A stretch of 64,000 bases of DNA from Nitrospirota bacterium. Its GTDB lineage: Bacteria > Nitrospirota > UBA9217. Below, one piece after another: positions 59,307 through 64,000 of this stretch. Where the stretch lies: assembly GCA_963840455.1 (NCBI GenBank), contig CAWIYV010000001.1:288001-352000 (forward strand), written 5' to 3'. The notes under the pieces are model-generated. The model searched no databases, was not told the DNA's origin, and saw only the letters and a list, made by a program, of their open reading frames with translations. Numbering within the stretch: position 1 is the first letter of the stretch; the number at the start of each line of letters is the position of its first letter. The position numbers were made by a program, and so were the translations under genes.

Positions 59307-59900
59307 ATGACGAACGGCCATCCCACAGATGATGATCTCGAACTGCTTGACCGCTGCGTCGCTGGCGACCGCGATGCCTTCGATGAGCTTGTCCTGAAGC
59401 ACCAGAAGCCGCTCTATTCGATGCTCTACCGCATGGTGAGCGACGCCGACGATGCCGCCGATATCCTGCAGAAGGCCTTCGTGAAGGCCTTCACCGGCAT
59501 CAAGGGGTTCGAGCGGCGTTCAAGCTTCCGGACCTGGCTCTACCAGATCGCCATCAACCTGGCAAAGAACCTGTATCGGGACCGGGCACGCGCCGGTCGC
59601 GTATCTCTCGACGATGTCATCATCCGGCGGGACCCGAAGACCCTGGAATCGCTGATCAAGAAGGAAACGCGGGACCGGCTGTACAAGGCGCTCACCTCGC
59701 TCCCGGAAAAACAGCGGCTCACGGTGATGCTCAGGATCCAGGAACAGAAGACCTTCGAGGAGATTGCCGGCATCATGAAGTGCTCTGTGGGAACGTCCAA
59801 GGCAAACTATCACCACGGGGTGCAGAAGCTCAAGGCCATGTTCGAAGAACCAGGGACCGGGAGCCAGAAGCCAGGAGAAGAGAATGACATGCAGAAATAA
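59307..59900 (+). CDS. ECF RNA polymerase sigma factor
   Basis: GDRDAFDELV, SSFRTWLYQIAIN, L..LPEKQR, EIA..M.CSVGT.K. Confidence 0.95.
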   Translation: MTNGHPTDDDLELLDRCVAGDRDAFDELVLKHQKPLYSMLYRMVSDADDAADILQKAFVKAFTGIKGFERRSSFRTWLYQIAINLAKNLYRDRARAGRVSLDDVIIRRDPKTLESLIKKETRDRLYKALTSLPEKQRLTVMLRIQEQKTFEEIAGIMKCSVGTSKANYHHGVQKLKAMFEEPGTGSQKPGEENDMQK

Positions 59901-60510
59901 GGACATACACGAACTGCTACCCGCCCATCTTGAGCGAAAGCTCGACGAGGCGGCACGAAGGAACGTCGAGCAGCATCTGGCGGCCTGCGGGGACTGCAGG
60001 GCTGAGCTCGGAATACTTCGCATGCTTGCCGAGGAGGCCGTCCCCGACCCGGGGGAGGCGTTCTGGGCCGCCCTGCCGGGCAGGGTCTACCGCGACGTCC
60101 AGGAGCGGCGGCAGCGCGAAAGGTCGTGGGGGCTGCCTTGGGCCCTGGACCGGTTCCTTCGCCCGCGCTGGGTCGTATCTGCCGCCGTGGTGCTTCTGGT
60201 AGCGGCTATGGCTTGGTTCTTCACCCTCCCCTCCCCGTTGCATATGGCGGAGGTCGGACCGCCGGACAGCGGGGCATCGTACGAGGACATGTACGACTCC
60301 GGTCCGATCGAACTGGCGGAGCTCGGTGATCCGGAGCTCCAATCGCTTGATGCATGGGCCTCCGGGGAGCTCACGGCGCTGATGGGCCAGGCGACGGACC
60401 TGCTCACGAACGGCCAGGACCTCTCCATCGACGATAAGCTCGCGGAACTGAACACGCAGGAGCTTGAACAGCTTTCCAACAAACTGGATGAATACGAGGA
60501 GGAGGGATAG
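59884..60510 (+). CDS. Zinc-finger (ZAS) anti-sigma factor
   Basis: HLAACGDC (HxxxCxxC), single TM, downstream of the ECF gene. Confidence 0.9.
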   Translation: MTCRNKDIHELLPAHLERKLDEAARRNVEQHLAACGDCRAELGILRMLAEEAVPDPGEAFWAALPGRVYRDVQERRQRERSWGLPWALDRFLRPRWVVSAAVVLLVAAMAWFFTLPSPLHMAEVGPPDSGASYEDMYDSGPIELAELGDPELQSLDAWASGELTALMGQATDLLTNGQDLSIDDKLAELNTQELEQLSNKLDEYEEEG

Positions 60511-60513
60511 AGC

Positions 60514-61095
60514 ATGAATATCATCACACGGTCCATGGCCACAGCGGCGGTACTGGCGGCATTGTCCCTGCCGGTCTTCGCCCAGCAGGGGCACCTGCGC
60601 GGACCCGCGGGAGGGCCGCCGTCCGATGAACAGCGTGAAGAGGTCAGAAAAAAGATGGAAGCGATCAAGATGTCGCGGCTCACCGAGGAGCTGAGGCTTG
60701 ACGAGAAGACCGCGGCCAAGTTCATCCCGGTCATCACGGCCCTTGACCAGAAACGGCGGTCCCTCATGAACGAGAACCGGCATGCGATGCAGGGGCTGCA
60801 GACCGAGCTCAACGCGCAGCAGCCTGATGAGGGCAGAATAAAAACGGCGATCAGCAGGATCGAGAAGTGCCAGCGCGAGATCGCCTCGCTCCGCGAAAAG
60901 GAACTTCAGGCCGCCCGGGAAAACCTTTCGGTGACCCAGCAGGCGCGGTATCTCCTTTTCAAGCAGGAGTTCATGCGCGAGATGCGCGGCATGGTGGAAG
61001 GTGCCCGGGGAAGCGGCCCGGGCAAGGGAGGAATGGGACCCGGTCAGGGCCGGGGTCAGGGCTTGGGTGGAGGCCAGAAACCCGTCAATCCGTAA
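60514..61095 (+). CDS. Periplasmic Spy/CpxP-like protein
   Basis: Signal peptide, helical body, LSVTQQAR (LTxxQ-like), Gly-rich tail. Confidence 0.78.
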   Translation: MNIITRSMATAAVLAALSLPVFAQQGHLRGPAGGPPSDEQREEVRKKMEAIKMSRLTEELRLDEKTAAKFIPVITALDQKRRSLMNENRHAMQGLQTELNAQQPDEGRIKTAISRIEKCQREIASLREKELQAARENLSVTQQARYLLFKQEFMREMRGMVEGARGSGPGKGGMGPGQGRGQGLGGGQKPVNP

Positions 61096-61365
61096 GGGCC
61101 GGGTAGGGATCGGCAGCATATTCCCGCTCGGATGATATCTAATATGCCTGGATCACGCCTGTAATCCGGGCTTTTTTATCCTTTCCCGCGCCAAGGACGC
61201 AAAATACCCTCCTGGTTGACAACAGCCACAAATGATCATAGCCTTTCTGCAATCAGCAGGAAAGAGCAGCTTCATCCGGTGGAGGCGCCCTCGACGCGCT
61301 CTATAACGCGGCCTGCGGGACCGGGGCATAGCGTTCTTCCGCACCGCGACGCAGCCATCAAATCA

Positions 61366-61395
61366 TTGACAAACCGCCCTGCAAGTCCGTATAAT
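61366..61395 (+). promoter_or_regulatory. Consensus sigma70 promoter
   Basis: TTGACA-18 bp-TATAAT. Confidence 0.75.
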
Positions 61396-61428
61396 CCCTA
61401 ACCCCACTACCGGAAAGGCCCCGTTTTC

Positions 61429-62043
61429 ATGAAGAAGATCGTCAAGAACTACTCAACGTTCCTCCAACTCACCAGCGAACAGTTCAATGAGGCGGCGCAG
61501 AAGAGCCGGGTGTCGTGCCTCCGCGGATGCCATGAGTGCTGCTCGTCAGGGTTCTTCGACATTACCCTGCTCGACGCGCTGCATATCCGGGACAGCCTGA
61601 AGAAGGTCCCAGCCCCGATCAGGAAGCGCGTCGTTGACCGGGCCAATGAGCAGCTCGACATCCTGGAGAAGAAGGGCGCCTTCTCCCGGAAGGACCCTCT
61701 GCTGAAGACCCTTGCCTCGATCGATTCCATTTCGCGGCGGTCGGCAAAGATGCGCTGCCCGGCCCTCGATGACAACGGCTCGTGCCTCATCTACGAATTC
61801 CGGCCGCACATCTGCCGCATCTTCGGCCCCACGGTCCGCGGACCGCGCCGAGCGGTCAGGCTCGAAGGATGCGGATACTTCAAACGGGACCTCCCCGAGG
61901 CCGATTTCGCCATCCTGAGCAACTACAAGGACGAAGAGGTGCTGCTCAAGGCCATGTTCACCAGGGCCGGCCGCAAACGGGTGCGCGAAGTGGACACCAT
62001 CATCCCCGCGGCCATCGCGCTGGACCTGGAAGAGTGGCTGTAA
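61429..62043 (+). CDS. YkgJ family cysteine-cluster protein
   Basis: CLRGCHECC, CPAL...G.CLIYE.RP..CR.FG. Confidence 0.9.
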   Translation: MKKIVKNYSTFLQLTSEQFNEAAQKSRVSCLRGCHECCSSGFFDITLLDALHIRDSLKKVPAPIRKRVVDRANEQLDILEKKGAFSRKDPLLKTLASIDSISRRSAKMRCPALDDNGSCLIYEFRPHICRIFGPTVRGPRRAVRLEGCGYFKRDLPEADFAILSNYKDEEVLLKAMFTRAGRKRVREVDTIIPAAIALDLEEWL

Positions 62044-62180
62044 GAAATCGCCAGGAGTCAGGAGGACCGGCGTTCTACACCGGAACCAGGAGATCATGTC
62101 CATCGTAATATCTGAATGAATCGTGACTGATATTTCAGCTTTTCATGTTTCTCCTGTATCTCTGATCTCCTGACCTCACC

Positions 62181-62732
62181 ATGGAGATCATCGATAAAAT
62201 AGTCCGCTGGAAGGGCAAGTTCATGAGTGCCGTGGAGATCCACTACCGCGATGCCAAGGGCGTTGTGCGGACCTGGGAGGCCGTGGAGCGCGTCAACGTC
62301 GGCGGTATCGTGGTGATGGTGGCGATCACGCCGGCGAACACCGTGCTCATCGAGAAACAGTTCCGCCCTCCCCTCGGCAGGGACGTCATCGAGCTCCCCG
62401 CAGGCCTGGTGGACCCCGGGGAATCCATGGAGGATGCGGCGCGCCGGGAGCTGATCGAGGAGACCGGCTGGTCCGCACGAGAGCTCCGCTTCCTGGCCGA
62501 GGGCCCCATGTCCACCGGCGCGTCCACCGAGATCCTCAGGACCTACCTCTGTACCGGGCTAGAACATGTGGGAAAGTCCGGAGGCGACGACAACGAGATC
62601 ATCGAGGTCATCGAGGTCCCCATGACCGGTGTCAGCGAGTACTTGGGCAGTGCCCAGGCCGCGGGCATGCTCGTGGACCTGAAGGTCTTCGGGCTCGTGG
62701 AACTCGCGCGAAGGGCCATGAACGGTCGTTGA
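62181..62732 (+). CDS. NUDIX hydrolase (ADP-ribose pyrophosphatase-like)
   Basis: QFRPP, ELPAGLVDPGE...AARRELIEETG. Confidence 0.93.
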   Translation: MEIIDKIVRWKGKFMSAVEIHYRDAKGVVRTWEAVERVNVGGIVVMVAITPANTVLIEKQFRPPLGRDVIELPAGLVDPGESMEDAARRELIEETGWSARELRFLAEGPMSTGASTEILRTYLCTGLEHVGKSGGDDNEIIEVIEVPMTGVSEYLGSAQAAGMLVDLKVFGLVELARRAMNGR

Positions 62733-63047
62733 GATCCTCCCCGGCCCACTGCTCAAACTGCCGACAACAGACCCGCCACCGGGTCTTTGCCGTGATTTGC
62801 GTTGAAATGCATGGCCCTTTCTGGTATCTTTTTCAGGGACCAATCCCCATTACATTCACGATCGCTGACTAATCCGGACAAGACGGAACGAATAGTATTA
62901 GACAGGATTCTAGTCACAGGCCACAGGCAGGATGACAAATCGGATTTTAAGCAATTACCTTTCGTCAATCCTGTTATCGTGTCAAAAGGTTTGAGATTAT
63001 CTCTACCTATCTTGAGTATATTGATTCCTCAGCAGCGAAGGAACAGC

Positions 63048-64000
63048 ATGAACAGCCTCCACGAATTCACCACCGAACCGATGATCGCCTACTTCTCCAT
63101 GGAGATCGGCGTCAAGAACGACATCCCCACGTACAGCGGCGGTCTCGGGATCCTCGCCGGCGACACCATCAAGTCCGCAGCTGACCTGAAGCTGCCCGTG
63201 GTGGCGGTGACCCTCATCAGCCGGAAGGGCTATTTCAACCAGGAGATCGACCAGAACGGCTGGCAGCAGGAGAAGCCGGTGATCTGGGACCCGGCGACAT
63301 ATATGCGGCTGCTTCCCGCGAAGGTGAAGGTGCAGATCGAGGGCAGGGACGTGACCATCCAGTCCTGGGTCTACACGGTCGTGAGCCCCACGGGGGGCAA
63401 GATCCCGATCTTCTTCCTCGATACCGACATTCCGGAGAACACGCCCGAGGACCGCGGGATCACCGACTACCTCTACGGCGGAGACCACACCTACCGCATC
63501 AAGCAGGAGGTCGTCCTGGGCATGGGCGGCGTGCGGATGCTGCATGCCCTCGAGTTCCACATTAAGAAATACCATATGAACGAAGGCCACGCGAGCTTCC
63601 TGGCCCTGGAGCTCCTGCTCCGCTTCAAGCGGGACATCGAGAGCGTCTGGGACGAGCGCTCGGTCTGGGACCTCGCCCGGGTGCGGGACCTGTGCGTCTT
63701 CACGACCCATACGCCGGTGGAGGCAGGCCACGACAAATTCCCCTATTCGCTCGTCAAGCAGGTGCTCGGTGACATCCTGCCCATCGACGTGCTGAAGGAC
63801 ATAGCGGGAAAGGACAGCCTCAACATGACCTTGCTGGCCCTGAACCTGAGCAAGTACATCAACGGCGTTGCAAAAAAGCACGGCGAGGTCTCCCAGCACA
63901 TGTTCCCCGGCTACCACATCCACGCCATCACCAACGGCGTCCATACGTTCACGTGGACCTGCGGGGAGATGGCGGCGCTGTTCGACAAGTACATCCCTGG
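63048..64000 (+). CDS. glgP: Alpha-glucan (glycogen) phosphorylase, N-terminal part (runs off window edge)
   Basis: Hand translation: MNSLHEF...IAYFSMEIG...YSGGLGILAGD..KSAAD, HMNEGH, FTTHTPVEAGHD, ITNGVH. Confidence 0.95.
   Translation, partial: MNSLHEFTTEPMIAYFSMEIGVKNDIPTYSGGLGILAGDTIKSAADLKLPVVAVTLISRKGYFNQEIDQNGWQQEKPVIWDPATYMRLLPAKVKVQIEGRDVTIQSWVYTVVSPTGGKIPIFFLDTDIPENTPEDRGITDYLYGGDHTYRIKQEVVLGMGGVRMLHALEFHIKKYHMNEGHASFLALELLLRFKRDIESVWDERSVWDLARVRDLCVFTTHTPVEAGHDKFPYSLVKQVLGDILPIDVLKDIAGKDSLNMTLLALNLSKYINGVAKKHGEVSQHMFPGYHIHAITNGVHTFTWTCGEMAALFDKYIP

Noticed and set aside
1-64000. Many long alternative-frame and antisense ORFs (e.g. 14258-15511 -, 16482-17834 -, 18493-20079 +, 33696-35027 +, 49724-50995 -, 59917-61119 -, 63003-63944 -)
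   Set aside because: They are shadows of recognisable genes in GC-rich DNA, with no motifs or RBS of their own.
1-64000. CRISPR array
   Set aside because: No regularly spaced 23-47-bp repeats with unique spacers and no cas genes; the repeats seen are short tandem or dispersed palindromes.

Overview
GC-rich bacterial chromosomal window. The gene set suggests an anaerobic Nitrospirota (Thermodesulfovibrionia-like) or deltaproteobacteria-like organism; this assignment is inference only. Housekeeping blocks: pdxJ-acpS-nnr-CBS-tsaE-nadK-udg, folD/argD/argF, hemL-mobB-tatC-tatA, queF, rpsF-ssb-rpsR, ECF sigma/anti-sigma and a partial glgP. The centre (about 18.6-40.4 kb) is a respiratory super-cluster. 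It holds system II cytochrome c maturation genes, two tandem triheme c7-type cytochromes, an 11-heme membrane-anchored cytochrome, a Rieske/cytochrome b/pentaheme complex, and two tandem tetraheme-FeS-NrfD modules that follow an orphan atpZ-atpI pair. Non-coding features read directly from the sequence: tRNA-Sec with a 2.1 kb integrase-less islet bounded by a 20-bp att repeat, a c-di-GMP-I riboswitch with an overlapping terminator, an S6:S18 leader, three copies of a ~116-bp double-hairpin element, REP-like palindromes, a highly structured ~340-nt element after rpsR, and many 7-9-bp periodic repeats. Notable protein variants are a FolD lacking the cyclohydrolase residues and two tandem core-MetE/MesB-like methionine synthases. 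Several frameshifts may be sequencing indels. No CRISPR array, intact transposase or integrase was seen. All family assignments are from motif recognition; no searches were run.
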